Below are positions 10,801-21,150 of a stretch of DNA of 64,000 nucleotides, piece by piece (within the stretch, counting starts at the first letter, position 1; each line of letters starts with the position of its first letter). The stretch spans positions 864,001 through 928,000 of the forward strand of contig CAWGMQ010000010.1 of NCBI GenBank assembly GCA_963823665.1. The letters run 5' to 3'. Source of the stretch: an uncultured Planctomycetota bacterium. GTDB taxonomy: Bacteria > Planctomycetota > Planctomycetia > Isosphaerales > Isosphaeraceae. Below the pieces are notes generated by a model, which did no database searches, was not told where the DNA came from, and saw nothing but the letters and a program-made list of their open reading frames with translations. The position numbers were made by a program, and so were the translations under genes.

Positions 10801-10903
10801 TCGAAATCTCACCGGCCGTCAGGGCGGATGACTCGCATCGCCGGGCCGAATCGCCTAACATGGGTTACGTACACTATTTGGCGGCTGCGCCAGGAGAACG
10901 TCG

Positions 10904-11689
10904 ATGCTCTTGTCTTACGCTGATGAAGGTCCGGGACCGGCTGTGGTCTTGCTGCACGGGTTTCCGCTCTCCCGCGCGATGTGGGCCGAGCAGATTTCGT
11001 CGCTGGGCGCGATTTATCGCGTGATCGCACCAGACCTACGGGGCCACGGCGACTCGCCGGCTCCCGAGGGCATTTACACTATGGACGAGATGGCGGACGA
11101 CGTCATCGAAACGCTTGACAGCTTGCATGTTTCCGAGCGGGTCGTCCTGGGCGGGTTGTCGATGGGGGGATACGTGGCGCTGTCGATCATTGCGCGATAT
11201 CCCGAACGGGTCCGTGCGCTTTTGCTCATGGATACGCAGGCCGGCGCCGATTCGACCGAGGCGGCCGCGACCCGTGAAGTCACGGCGCAAACGGTCCTCG
11301 AAGCAAACAATGCTGCCCCGATCGTCGACGGCATGATCGCGCGGCTCTTCAGCCCGGCCTTTCGCCAAGAGCGACCGGAGAAGGTTGAGCCGCTCAGAAC
11401 GGTGATGGCGCAAGCGACGCCGCGAGGAGTTGCCGGAGCCTTGCGCGGGATGGCGAAACGGCCCGACCGGCGAGGCGACCTCGGCAAGATCGCTGTGCCC
11501 ACGCTCGTGCTGGTTGGTGAAGCCGACGTGATCACGCCTCCAGCGGTTGCGAAGTCGCTCGCCGATTCCATTCCCGGTGCGCAGCTCGAAGTGATCGCCG
11601 GGGCAGGGCACATGGCCCCCTACGAGAATCCGTCGGTGGCAAACGCCGTGCTCCTTCGATTCCTCCAGAGCTTGGAGGGCCAAGCTTGA
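10904..11689 (+). CDS. Alpha/beta fold hydrolase (PcaD-like)
   Basis: LLHGFP, PDLRGHG, GLSMGG nucleophile elbow, GEAD, AGH; AGGAG RBS. Confidence 0.92.
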   Translation: MLLSYADEGPGPAVVLLHGFPLSRAMWAEQISSLGAIYRVIAPDLRGHGDSPAPEGIYTMDEMADDVIETLDSLHVSERVVLGGLSMGGYVALSIIARYPERVRALLLMDTQAGADSTEAAATREVTAQTVLEANNAAPIVDGMIARLFSPAFRQERPEKVEPLRTVMAQATPRGVAGALRGMAKRPDRRGDLGKIAVPTLVLVGEADVITPPAVAKSLADSIPGAQLEVIAGAGHMAPYENPSVANAVLLRFLQSLEGQA

Positions 11690-12915
11690 TGGCCGGCGGG
11701 ACTTTGGGGGAGCTCGTCACCACTCAGTCGCAGCTTTCCTCGCTGGTGGAGCACTTGCGGTCGAGCGGGCGGTTCGCCCTCGATACGGAATTTGTTTCGG
11801 AGGATTCATTCGAACCGATCCTGTGTTTGCTTCAGCTCGCAACTCGCGACCGGCTCGCAGTGATCGATCCCTTCGCCGTTCGCGATCTCTCGCCGCTCTG
11901 GGATGTCATCAACGATCCGTCAATTGAAGTGGTGATGCACGCCGCCGGCGAGGACCTGCGGATCTGCCATCTGAAAACCGGCACCCTGCCGCGACGCGTC
12001 TTCGACGTGCAAATCGCCGCCGGGCTGATCGGTCATTCCTACCCCTTGTCGCTCGTCAATCTCGTCTCGCAGGTGCTTTCCAAGAGTCTCTCCGGAAGCG
12101 AGACACGCACGGATTGGCGTCATCGGCCGCTCACGACGGCCCAGTACGAGTACGCACTTGACGACGTCCGCCACTTGCTGGATGTCGCCGATCATATCTC
12201 CGCCCGTTTGGAGCAGCTCGGACGGCTCGCGTGGGCCGAGGCCGAGTTTGGCGACCTGGTGAGTTCGGTCGCGCGTCGCGCCGCCGACGATCGCTGGCGC
12301 CGCCTGCCGGGGTTGCATCAACTCAATCGCCGCTGCCTCGAGATGGCTCGCCGTCTCGCCGACTGGCGCGAAGACGAGGCCCGGAGGATGAACCGGCCAC
12401 TGCGCCAGATCTTGCGAGACGATCTGCTCGTAGCCATCGCCAAGCGCCAGCCGACAAATCGGCGGGCGCTCGAAGCGCTCCGCGACTTCAACCGGCCAGC
12501 CCTCCTCAAGCGTGCTGACGAAATTCTCACGGTCCTCGAAGACGCCCGCGCGGTGCCGGAGGACCAGCTTCCCGAGGTCGCACCCCGCTACGAAGAGCCG
12601 CCCGGACTATCGACAACGACCAACTTGCTCTCCGCCGCCCTGGCGCAGCGCTGTGTACAGAACCAGATCGCCGGGTCAATCGTCGCCAATGTCGCCGATC
12701 TCAAGGAGATGGTCCGGTGGTATGTCGATGGCCGCGATCCGTCTCGTCGTCCTGCACTCCTGAACGGCTGGCGCACCGACTTCTGCGGCGGGCTGCTGCT
12801 GGACGTGATCGAGGGCCGCTTCACCTTGCGAGTCGTCGAGCCCGGCAGCGAGTTCCCGGTTGCGGTCGAGCCGGTCGCCGGGCCGTCGACCCGATCAGAC
12901 GACACGCCGCGCTGA
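11689..12915 (+). CDS. rnd: Ribonuclease D (DEDD exonuclease + HRDC)
   Basis: ALDTEF, MHAAGED, FDVQIAA, TDWRHRPL, YALDDV and an HRDC region (WREDEAR...ILRDD). The ATG overlaps the upstream TGA. Confidence 0.9.
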   Translation: MAGGTLGELVTTQSQLSSLVEHLRSSGRFALDTEFVSEDSFEPILCLLQLATRDRLAVIDPFAVRDLSPLWDVINDPSIEVVMHAAGEDLRICHLKTGTLPRRVFDVQIAAGLIGHSYPLSLVNLVSQVLSKSLSGSETRTDWRHRPLTTAQYEYALDDVRHLLDVADHISARLEQLGRLAWAEAEFGDLVSSVARRAADDRWRRLPGLHQLNRRCLEMARRLADWREDEARRMNRPLRQILRDDLLVAIAKRQPTNRRALEALRDFNRPALLKRADEILTVLEDARAVPEDQLPEVAPRYEEPPGLSTTTNLLSAALAQRCVQNQIAGSIVANVADLKEMVRWYVDGRDPSRRPALLNGWRTDFCGGLLLDVIEGRFTLRVVEPGSEFPVAVEPVAGPSTRSDDTPR

Positions 12916-12985
12916 GCCAGAGTGCTCCCTCGCTCGTGGATCGTTTCTGGAAGCAATTCAGCTTCTGCCCTCTTGTGAATTCAAC

Positions 12986-13828
12986 ATGCACCGGATTCTG
13001 AGCTGCTATACGAACTGCTACGGTGCCGCCGGAGTCTGGGCGGCCGTCGAGCGAATCAAGGACGCCGGCATCGGTTCGCTCGAGCTGGCGCTGCGCGGCC
13101 ACAATTTCGGCGGCCTCGTGATACCTGAGGAGGTCGTCATCACCGAGAAGGCCGACGACGCCACCGCTCGAGCATTCTGCGACCATCTCGAGCGCCACGC
13201 CGTGAAGGTAAGCGGCTGCAACGTGGGAGGCGCAGACCTGCGCACGGATGCGGGCTTCCAGCAGACAAAGCGTCGGATCGAGTTCGCCGGACGCTGGTTC
13301 GGCTCGAGGATCTGCGTCTCCGGCGCCGGCCAGCCGGCGAGCCCCGCCGAGCGTCGGACGATCGTTGACCATCTGCGACGCCTTGGCGACACGGTGGGCG
13401 AGCACGCAATAACCCTCGCGCTGGAAACCCATCAAGGCCCCACTCAGAACGCGGAGGCAATGCTTGCCCTGATGGACGAGATCGCGCATCCCCACGTTCG
13501 CCTCAACTTCGACACCGGCAACATCGCCTATTACAACCAATCGGCCGACCCCTGCGCCCAGCTCGAGCAGGTGAAACACCTGGTCGCAAACGTGCATTTG
13601 AAAGACAATCGAGGTGGGTTCGAGGACTGGTATTTCCCGGCGTTGGGAGACGGTGGCGGCGTTGATTTTACTCGCGTTCGACAGATCTTGGACGGACAGG
13701 GCTTTGCCGGACCGTACACCATCGAGATCGAGGGCATCGCCGGGGAGCCTGAGCCCGGCCTCGAAGGACGCCACGACCGCATCGCCAGGAGCGTGCGGCA
13801 CCTTCACACCTGCGGTTACTTCGATTGA
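12986..13828 (+). CDS. Sugar phosphate isomerase/epimerase (TIM barrel)
   Basis: LALETH, NFDTGN, VHLKD, TIEIE. Confidence 0.9.
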   Translation: MHRILSCYTNCYGAAGVWAAVERIKDAGIGSLELALRGHNFGGLVIPEEVVITEKADDATARAFCDHLERHAVKVSGCNVGGADLRTDAGFQQTKRRIEFAGRWFGSRICVSGAGQPASPAERRTIVDHLRRLGDTVGEHAITLALETHQGPTQNAEAMLALMDEIAHPHVRLNFDTGNIAYYNQSADPCAQLEQVKHLVANVHLKDNRGGFEDWYFPALGDGGGVDFTRVRQILDGQGFAGPYTIEIEGIAGEPEPGLEGRHDRIARSVRHLHTCGYFD

Positions 13829-13835
13829 GTTTTGA

Positions 13836-13934
13836 TGGCGGGAACGTATGGGAATCGAACCCACCAGGAGCCTGTTTCCAGACCCCTCACTGGTTTTGAA
13901 GACCAGGCCGGGCACCAGCCTCGGACACGCTCCC
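13836..13934 (-). tRNA. selC: tRNA-Sec (anticodon UCA)
   Basis: Reverse complement folds as: acceptor GGGAGCGT/ACGTTCCC (8 bp), D arm CCGAGGC-TGGT-GCCCGG, anticodon arm CTGGT-CTTCAAA-ACCAG, long variable arm with GAAA loop, T arm GTGGG-TTCGATT-CCCAT, G discriminator and encoded CCA. This is the bacterial 8/5 Sec fold. Confidence 0.95.
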
Positions 13935-14012
13935 GAAAGGAATGATCGATCAGTTGGAGCCTTCGATGACTTGACGTGCCGTGCTTCCACGAGCGCTCGC
14001 CGAGAAAAGCCA

Positions 14013-14942
14013 TCACAGCGAGACGCTCTCGCGCGACAGCCCCGCCAATTTGCCCTGGTGCGGTGGGATGATCGTATAGGGCGGTATCGCGGCGAAAGCC
14101 TCCCAGGCCGCACCCAGTTCGCTCTGGCCTGGCTGCCCCGGATGGACGAGCAATCGGTAGCGCAACAGTAATGGATGATCGCGCGCCACTCCATACGCCG
14201 CTTCGCGGTTGAACGATGCCCCGATCCAGCCGTCGGCCCGCACGTGCCAGCGCACCGGGTGGCCGGGATTCGAGGGATGGTCCATGAAACAGATTCCCTC
14301 GGCCTTGGTGGCGGTACTCGGCCCGGAGTAGTCGACCCAAGTACTGGGCTCGCCCATGACCGCCGATTCACCGACGTAGCCTCGCGCGTTCATCAAGCGT
14401 CCGCCGCCGAACTGCTCGGACATCGTCTTCGCCACGCGGACGCCCAGAAAGCCGAAGTTGGTTTTGCCCAGCTCGAGGGGTATTCCGCCTGAGGACTCCA
14501 GGCGCGACTGGAGGTCCAGCGCGAATCCGCCGCCGCCGGCCGGTTCGATCACCAGGATCAGCTCGTGGTGAAGCTGCGAGCGTCCCTGCGCCCACCAGTC
14601 AAGATCGGCGACCAGACCGCCCCACTCCGGGCCGTCATGAAAGAGCCGCACACATCGGTGCCGGATCCGGATGTCGCTCGAGGGCCGGTCTTCCCAGAAG
14701 TTCATCCCGCCGATGCTTTCATGCCCGAACCAGACCGACTTGTGATGCTCGTGGCCAATCGGATTGGGGTGCCCGATGCGCGTCAGGCCCGCTCCCGATG
14801 CGCCGACTAGAGGAAAGACATACGGCCGCGTGCCCTCTTCGGCGTACTCGTAGCCGGCCCGCTCCACGCCGTCGACGCGAAGGCTGGCGCGGCCGACCCC
14901 CGGGATGGCCTGCACTCGCGGGAAAGTCGGGGAACCTTTCAT
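14013..14942 (-). CDS. DUF6807 / PmoA-like family protein
   Basis: RPYVFPL, HEHHKSVWFGH, NFW, FLGVRV, WVDYSG, DHPSNP, WHVR. Confidence 0.75.
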   Translation of the reverse strand: MKGSPTFPRVQAIPGVGRASLRVDGVERAGYEYAEEGTRPYVFPLVGASGAGLTRIGHPNPIGHEHHKSVWFGHESIGGMNFWEDRPSSDIRIRHRCVRLFHDGPEWGGLVADLDWWAQGRSQLHHELILVIEPAGGGGFALDLQSRLESSGGIPLELGKTNFGFLGVRVAKTMSEQFGGGRLMNARGYVGESAVMGEPSTWVDYSGPSTATKAEGICFMDHPSNPGHPVRWHVRADGWIGASFNREAAYGVARDHPLLLRYRLLVHPGQPGQSELGAAWEAFAAIPPYTIIPPHQGKLAGLSRESVSL

Positions 14943-15154
14943 GAATCTGACCCACCCACCTTGACGCGGATGGCCTCCCAGCAGCGTTTACCGTTTGCGT
15001 ATTTTCGATCATCGTCGCCGGGTTTCCTTCAAGTTGCAACACTCCGGATTTCGATAACAGCGATACGCTGGACGATTTTCCGCAAAGAATCCGCAACGGC
15101 AGACGAATCTTCGAATAAGACACCTTGCAGGGGTCGTTTTGGAGGGGGCTTGCG

Positions 15155-15949
15155 ATGGGTTTGGATATAACCTTGGGAGTCATCATCCTGATCGCCGCCT
15201 TCCGCGGCTGGTTTCAGGGGTTTGTCAGCCAGGCCGTGCGCCTGTGCGGTTTGATCATCTCCGTTTACGTTGCAGCCTACGTGCGCGACTACGCGAAGCC
15301 GTACGTTTTGCCCTCTCTCACCTCAATCCAGCCGGATCTGGTCGATCGAATCCTCTGGTGGGTCTCCGCGGTCGCCACGTTCCTCGTCCTGGTCGGCGTG
15401 ACGATGCTCGTCGTCAAAATGACCCGAAGGCCGGAAATTCCCGGAATTTCCCAAAGGGGCCGAAATGACCAGTTCGCCGGGTTTCTCCTTGGGGGACTGA
15501 AGGGGCTTTTGGTCGCGGTCTTCGTCGTGGCCGGCATCCAGAACTATGCGATGGATCAGGTCAAGAACGTGAGCTGGGCCGAAGAGCAGGCGAAGGGATC
15601 GTGGGCACTCAAGTGGAATGAAGCGTACATGCCGGCTCGCAAGATCTGGGCGTCGAAACCGGTGCGCCACTTCGTCGATTACATCCATCGAATGGGGCTG
15701 CAAAGGCCTGGTGCTTCGTCAGATACGGAGCCGGCTGACGCGATTGACGAGGAAGATATCGTCCGCACAGCCAGCCGAACCGCTCCCGGCGATGCCAAGG
15801 ATAACGACTCCCGCGCAAGCGGTGCCACATCGACCCGGCCTTCGTCGACGTCGAATGCGCCTCCGGCGGAAGCCGGCGAGAATGCATCTGAAGGCGCCCC
15901 CAGATCACCGGCGGAAGTCGAGAAAGCCCAGGCGGCTGGCTCAAATTGA
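15155..15949 (+). CDS. CvpA (colicin V production) family membrane protein
   Basis: LDITLGVIILIAAFRGWFQGFVSQ start, DQFAGFLLGGLKG; GGAGG RBS. Confidence 0.85.
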   Translation: MGLDITLGVIILIAAFRGWFQGFVSQAVRLCGLIISVYVAAYVRDYAKPYVLPSLTSIQPDLVDRILWWVSAVATFLVLVGVTMLVVKMTRRPEIPGISQRGRNDQFAGFLLGGLKGLLVAVFVVAGIQNYAMDQVKNVSWAEEQAKGSWALKWNEAYMPARKIWASKPVRHFVDYIHRMGLQRPGASSDTEPADAIDEEDIVRTASRTAPGDAKDNDSRASGATSTRPSSTSNAPPAEAGENASEGAPRSPAEVEKAQAAGSN

Positions 15950-16116
15950 CGTTGACTTAAATCGCTGTCCACGGCACACTTCCGGTGAATCTTGGCACGG
16001 ACGCGACGGATTCCGCCATTGTCGCCCTTCGCTCCGGGAAGGGATCACCCGTCGGGTCACTTCGCGCAGAGACGCGATGGATGGTTCGTCAAGTCGCATC
16101 GGGAAGGAGCCCGGCT

Positions 16117-18166
16117 ATGTCTGGGGCCGACTGCCCCCCTTCCAGCCGGCCAGGGTGCTGGCTGGTGTACGCCATTCTCCTGGGTCTGTATCTGACCTTC
16201 AGGGGCTACCACAGCCTCGACGGCGACCAGGCATATCGACTGCCGCTCCTGCTTCACCGCCAGGATCCGAAGCTCTACGCCACTGATCCGTTCGTCCAGG
16301 CGATTGATGCCTTCAACCCGCACCGTGGCTGCCTTATGGTCCTCGACCTGGTGACCCGGCCGCTCGGCATCTCAGCCGGGCTGTTCCTCGTCTTCGCGTT
16401 GACCTTCGCCGCGACCTGCTTCGGCATTGATCGCATTGCGCAGAATCTGGCCCGGCCTCGGGCCAGGCGTCGGAATTCTCGCAGCAGGCCTGGTGCTGGC
16501 CGCCAAGGCCGGCAACATCGGAACCAACCACATCTTTGAAGCGATGGTCCTCGACCGGCAAATTGCCTTCGCGCTCGGCTGGATCGCCCTGGCCCAGCTC
16601 ATCGTCCAACCGGACCGCGGGCGCAGGCTCGTTCTGCTCGCGATCGCGTTGGCGACGCTCGTTCACCCCTCCGCAGGGCTGCAGCTTGCCCTCACGTTTT
16701 CTGCAAGCCTGGCGGCGTGGTCTCTGCTGAGCCACCGGACCGAAATCAAGTGGCGTAGCGCGATCCTTTGGATTCTTGGGCTGGCGCTCGCCGTGATTCC
16801 CGGCTTGGTCGTCAACTTTCAGGATCCGTCACAACTTCTGGGCAAGCTGGCTCCGAGCGACTTCTGGCTCCTGAGCGTCGAGCTTCAGAGCCCTCAGCAC
16901 ATGCTCCCACACCTCTGGCAGATGCCACAATGGCTTGCGTGCCTCAGTTACCTCTCGCTCGCGGCCCTTGCCCTGGGCGCATGGAACGGCCGACGACGCC
17001 TCGCGCCCGATCACACGGCTCAGAACCTCGATTCCACCGGCCCGCCCGCCGCGCGTCTGCGGCTGATCACAGCTCTGGTCGTGCTCCTCTCCGGTCTGGC
17101 CGTCGCGTGGTTCCTGATCGAGAAGCGGCATTCGCTTCAGGTGACGGTGTTCCAGCCTTTCCGCATGGCGACGATCGCGCGAGGGATCACCCTGACCCTC
17201 CTCGCCGGGCGAATCGCCACGTTATGGAGAGCCGGCACCTGGCTGCCGCGAATGCGGGCCATCTTGCTCGCGGTCTCGATTACCGGCGACTGGCTGATGG
17301 TCGTGGTCACTCTCGCGGAGCTGGCGGCCTCGTCCGTTGAATTCCTGCGAGCGAAGCTAACGGTGCTGCCGGTCTGGAACGCCGTCGATGCCATCGTATT
17401 CGTGACAATGCTCGGCCTGGGATTGAACTTCCTCGGCCACCACGACACGAAATACGGCCACTTGCCGTTGCTTGCCGCAATCGGCGTGGGTTTGGCTTTT
17501 GCACTGCCAGGGATCCTGCGACCGCTCAAACGTCCGGCCGCAGTGAGCTTGACCTGGACACCGGCTCGTCGTCGCGCGATTCTTGCGATGGCCTGGCTCG
17601 CGCCGGCTGCGGCGCTAGTGGCGGCGGCAATCCCGCTCGATCACCCGCTGGCTCGCTCCACACTCGTGCGCGGCTTGATCAGTCGCTGCCGTTTCGCGGC
17701 GGTGCCGGCGGATGATATCGAGCGTCTGGCGTTATGGTGCCGCGGCCACACGCCCGAATCGGCGATTTTCATCGGACCTCCCGGTCCCAAGACGTTTCGC
17801 CTCTGGTCTCAGCGAAGCCTCGCGTTCAATCGGGCGGCAAGCCCCTATCACGCTGCCGGGCTGGCCGACTGGCTCGCGCGGTTTCGAGACCACGTCGGCT
17901 TCCGTGGCGACGTCACCGCGTTCGTGCACGCTTTTCTGGCTGACCGCCACGGATTCGAGGCGCGATACGACGAGCTCTCCGATCCCGAGCGAGCCGCCCT
18001 TGCCGTGCGTCAGGGTGCGAGCTACGTCGTGGCTCTGGCACCCAAACGACCCGAGGGCCGGGGGGCCGCGCCCGAGTCCGAACGCCCGCTCGAGCTCTTG
18101 CATGTCGAAGGCCGTTACGCTGTTTATCGAGTGAGGGCCGAGCTGCTCGTCCAGCGCCAGCGGTAA
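16117..18166 (+). CDS. Polytopic membrane protein with DUF6798-like C-terminus (GT-C-like); frameshift near 16440
   Basis: AAGGAG RBS then ATG 16117; GDQAYRLP...DPF...FNPH joins the 16427 ORF. Many TM segments; C-terminal WCRGHTP...GPPG...FRLWSQRS. Confidence 0.7.
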
Positions 18167-18804
18167 CGAAGCCGCTGCGTATGCGTCGCCGGGTCGACCT
18201 TCGCTCGGATCTCAGCACGCACCTGGCCAAAACGCCAATCGGATATCTCCACCGTCGCCGGCGCCTCTGCGAGGAGCTCGAGCACGACACGGCTTCGATC
18301 CACCCCTTCCCACGCGACGGAGCGCTCCGACGATTGGCTCGCCCGGGGGCGTGGGCTTGGTCCAGATAAGAAGTAAGTCGCTGCCAGCTTCTCCACCGGC
18401 CCTCGACACCGGTCGGCGACATCGACGTCAAGGACCATGCGCTCCGGCATTTCGGGGTCGGGGTAAAGGCTGAAGACAGCCGAAAAATGGTGATTGAAGC
18501 ACGAGCCGGTCAGCAGCGCGCACAGACCGGGACCCAGCTCCGCAGAAAGCTCGTGCTGCACGATCTCTTGATACACGGGATCGTCGATGCGACTTTCAAC
18601 AGTTGGCTCAAATTCCTTGTCTGAACCGCGGGCCGATTGTAAGTGCCAGGATTCGCGCGCGCTCGTCGCGCCGTCGGACCGGAAATCCGTGCAGATCAGG
18701 TGGCCCAGCCGGCTATCGCCCGTAAACAGCACCGCGCTCGGAGGCGCCATCATCACCGCGATCCCGGATTCAAACGGTTCGAAACAAAAATCACGTGGCG
18801 GCAT
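18124..18804 (-). CDS. Hypothetical protein
   Basis: 227-codon ORF with normal composition (DDPVYQE, HHFSAVF, RYRWRW); converges on and overlaps the upstream gene by 43 bp. Confidence 0.6.
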   Translation of the reverse strand: MPPRDFCFEPFESGIAVMMAPPSAVLFTGDSRLGHLICTDFRSDGATSARESWHLQSARGSDKEFEPTVESRIDDPVYQEIVQHELSAELGPGLCALLTGSCFNHHFSAVFSLYPDPEMPERMVLDVDVADRCRGPVEKLAATYFLSGPSPRPRASQSSERSVAWEGVDRSRVVLELLAEAPATVEISDWRFGQVRAEIRAKVDPATHTQRLRYRWRWTSSSALTR

Positions 18805-18845
18805 CGCGAAAACCAAGGTACGTCGGACTTCAACCTGCCGATCGA

Positions 18846-18868
18846 GTAGGTCAGGCTTCAGCCTGACG
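18846..18868 (+). repeat. GTAG-type REP-like palindrome, family 1
   Basis: GTAG-GTCAGGCT-TC-AGCCTGAC-G; further copies at 26577, 36177-36254 and 49444-49522. Confidence 0.85.
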
Positions 18869-18960
18869 ATTCGAACCCACCGTTGTCACCAGCACAATCC
18901 ACGCGAACAAGCAGTTCCGGCTCCACCCTTCCACCGCGCAGCCAGCCATTCCTCGCCCCC

Positions 18961-20086
18961 TTACTTCTTGGCCAGCTCGCCGCCTCCCTTGGTCAGCTTC
19001 ATACGAAGGTAGGCTTCAATAAAGCCGTCGATCTCCCCATCCAGGACGGCCCGGGGATTCGTGGTCTCAAAGTCCGTCCGAAGGTCCTTGACGATCTGAT
19101 ACGGCTGCAGCACATACGACCGGATCTGGTTGCCGAAGCTCACTTCCCCCTTTTCGTCATACTTCTTGGCGTATTCGGCCTCGCGTTTCTCTTCTTCCAT
19201 GCGAATGAGCTTGGCCTTGAGCAGCGCCAGGGCATACGTGCCATTCTTGTGTTGCGACCGCTCGCTGCGCGATTCGGCGGCGATGCCCGTTGGAATATGC
19301 GTAAATCGAACGCCCGACTCCGTCTTGTTCTGGTGCTGGCCGCCCGGCCCGCCACAGCGGAAGACGTCGCGTTTCAGGTCTTCATCGCGTAGTACGATGT
19401 CAATCGTGTCGTCGACCTCGGGTAAAACGTCGACCGACGCGAACGACGTATGGCGGCGGGCGTTCGAATCAAACGGGCTGATCCGTACCAGCCGATGCAC
19501 GCCCGTCTCACCGCGGAGATAACCGTAGGCGTATTCGCCCTTGATGTGAACGGTGGCCTCCTGAATCCCTGCGGCCCCGCCGTCCTCGCGGTCGGTGATC
19601 TCCGTCTTGAAGCCCTTGGCCTCAGCCCACATCAAATACATCCGCAGCAGCATCTCCGACCAGTCGCACGCTTCCGTTCCCCCGGCCCCGGCGTGGATCG
19701 TCACATACGCGTTGCAGTGATCGTTCGGTCCGCCGAGCATCGACCGGAATTCGAACGCGTTGAACTCCGTCTCCGACGCTTTGGTCGAGGTTCTGACCTC
19801 GTCGTCAAACTCGTCGGTGCCTCCCTCCTCGTCCAGCTCGATCAACGTTTCAAGGTTCTCCGCCTGCCGAAGCAGCGCTTCGAACGGCTTGAGGACCGAA
19901 TTCAATGCCTTCAGCTCTTGAATGATCGACTTGGCTTTCTCCTGGTCGTTCCAGAATGCCGGGCCCGTCATCTGCGCATCGAGCTCTTCTCGGCGCACTT
20001 GCTTGTCGCCGAAGTCAAAGAGAGTCTCGAAGCAAGTGGATCTTCTCGATGACACTCTTCGCATTCCGTTTCAGCTCGGGGTCCAC
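18961..20086 (-). CDS. prfB: Peptide chain release factor 2 with programmed +1 frameshift
   Basis: AGAGGAG RBS, GTG at 20086, 23 codons MDPELKRNAKSVIEKIHLLRDSL, then CTT TGA C (20020-20014). The +1 frame continues DFGDKQ... with SPF and GGQ motifs. Confidence 0.97.
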
Positions 20087-20339
20087 GGGATTAAGCTCCT
20101 CTCGCGTGTGCGCATTCGCGCGGGCTCGGGTCACGTCACATCAAGTCGCCCGCAACTGTTCTCCGGTGGGTGCACTGCTCGCCGCCCACACTCCTTATTA
20201 TTAGAGCCGAACGTGCCATCCCTGGCCAGCCGAACTGGCAATGGCCTCTCGTTTAGCTCACTTGAGGCATGCCCTCGAGGTTCGCGCGCAAGGCGCCGAT
20301 TGTCCCGCTCCGCAGTGGTCTGCTACGATTGGCTCGGAC

Positions 20340-21001
20340 CGTAACGAGCTCGACGGCAACCCCCAGACACCGAATCAAGAACTGGTGTTCATCGGCTCCG
20401 GTGTCAAGAAGGGAGGCGGAGCCGTGCAGTTCACAGTGAACATCGCCGGATCGATCCTCGCCGGCTCTAACCTCGCCGTGATTGGATACCAGATCCCAGG
20501 AAGACCGCCACGATGACCCTCAATGAGTCAGGCGAGATCGACGGCGACTTCACGGCGGGCATCTCCACTCTGGGAACGAAAAGTCCCAAACCAGGCCCCG
20601 TAAAGTTCAGCGCTCAGTCCACGGGCACGATCGGTGCCGGTGGCGATATCGACATGGGCGCAGTTGGAGGTAAACACAACGATGTCGCCACGATCTCGTA
20701 CTCGGGAACGAACAACGGCGAGATCGATGTGTTCGAGCTGGGCAACGGCGGCAGCGAAGACTTGAGCGCCGACATCTTCATGATCCCGGGCTCGACCGGT
20801 TCCGTCGGCTCCTCGAATAACCAGTCCATCGTCGAAGGATCCGGCAAAGATCAGCTCAGCTTTACCGTCGAGCAAGGCAATGACACGACAACGACGTCCA
20901 ACGTCTTCGCCCAGATCATCGGAAAGTCCAAGAAAGACAAGGTCACCCACACCGCCAACGTGATCGTGCAGACCAAAGGAAAGGTGACGCTCGCGACCTG
21001 A
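20340..21001 (+). pseudogene. 5'-truncated remnant of a beta-rich secreted/surface protein; frameshift near 20510
   Basis: G/S/T/N-rich beta-type sequence in two frames (NELDGNPQTP...VIGYQIPG, then TMTLNESGEIDG...KVTLAT*). No plausible start or signal peptide. Confidence 0.5.
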
Positions 21002-21048
21002 GCCGCTTAATCGTGCGAGAGGTCGCCCGGGATGCCCTTCGCCCTCCG

Positions 21049-21098
21049 GTTGGGCGTGGGTCTCTGACCCCGCCCCGAGAGCGGGACCGAAGGTCTCC
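21049..21098. repeat. Intergenic repeat family 4 (GTTGGGCG...CCCCGCCC...GACCGAAGGTCTCC)
   Basis: Second copy at 31563-31611; both lie between convergent genes. Confidence 0.7.
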
Positions 21099-21150
21099 CT
21101 CCGCCCCTCCCCCACGATCGCCTCACGCCCTCCGCCACGCCCTGCTCGAT

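Noticed and set aside
13829..13870. selC as an island integration site
   Set aside because: No duplicated tRNA 3' end and no integrase; the convergent gene ends 7 bp away.
14013..14942. Particulate methane monooxygenase
   Set aside because: This is the soluble DUF6807/PmoA-named family; it has no TM helices and there is no pmoCAB operon.
13836..20086. tRNA-Sec and RF2 (both read UGA) within about 5 kb, as a possible UGA-recoding locus
   Set aside because: They are separated by unrelated genes on both strands, and I found no in-frame UGA selenoprotein candidate in the window.
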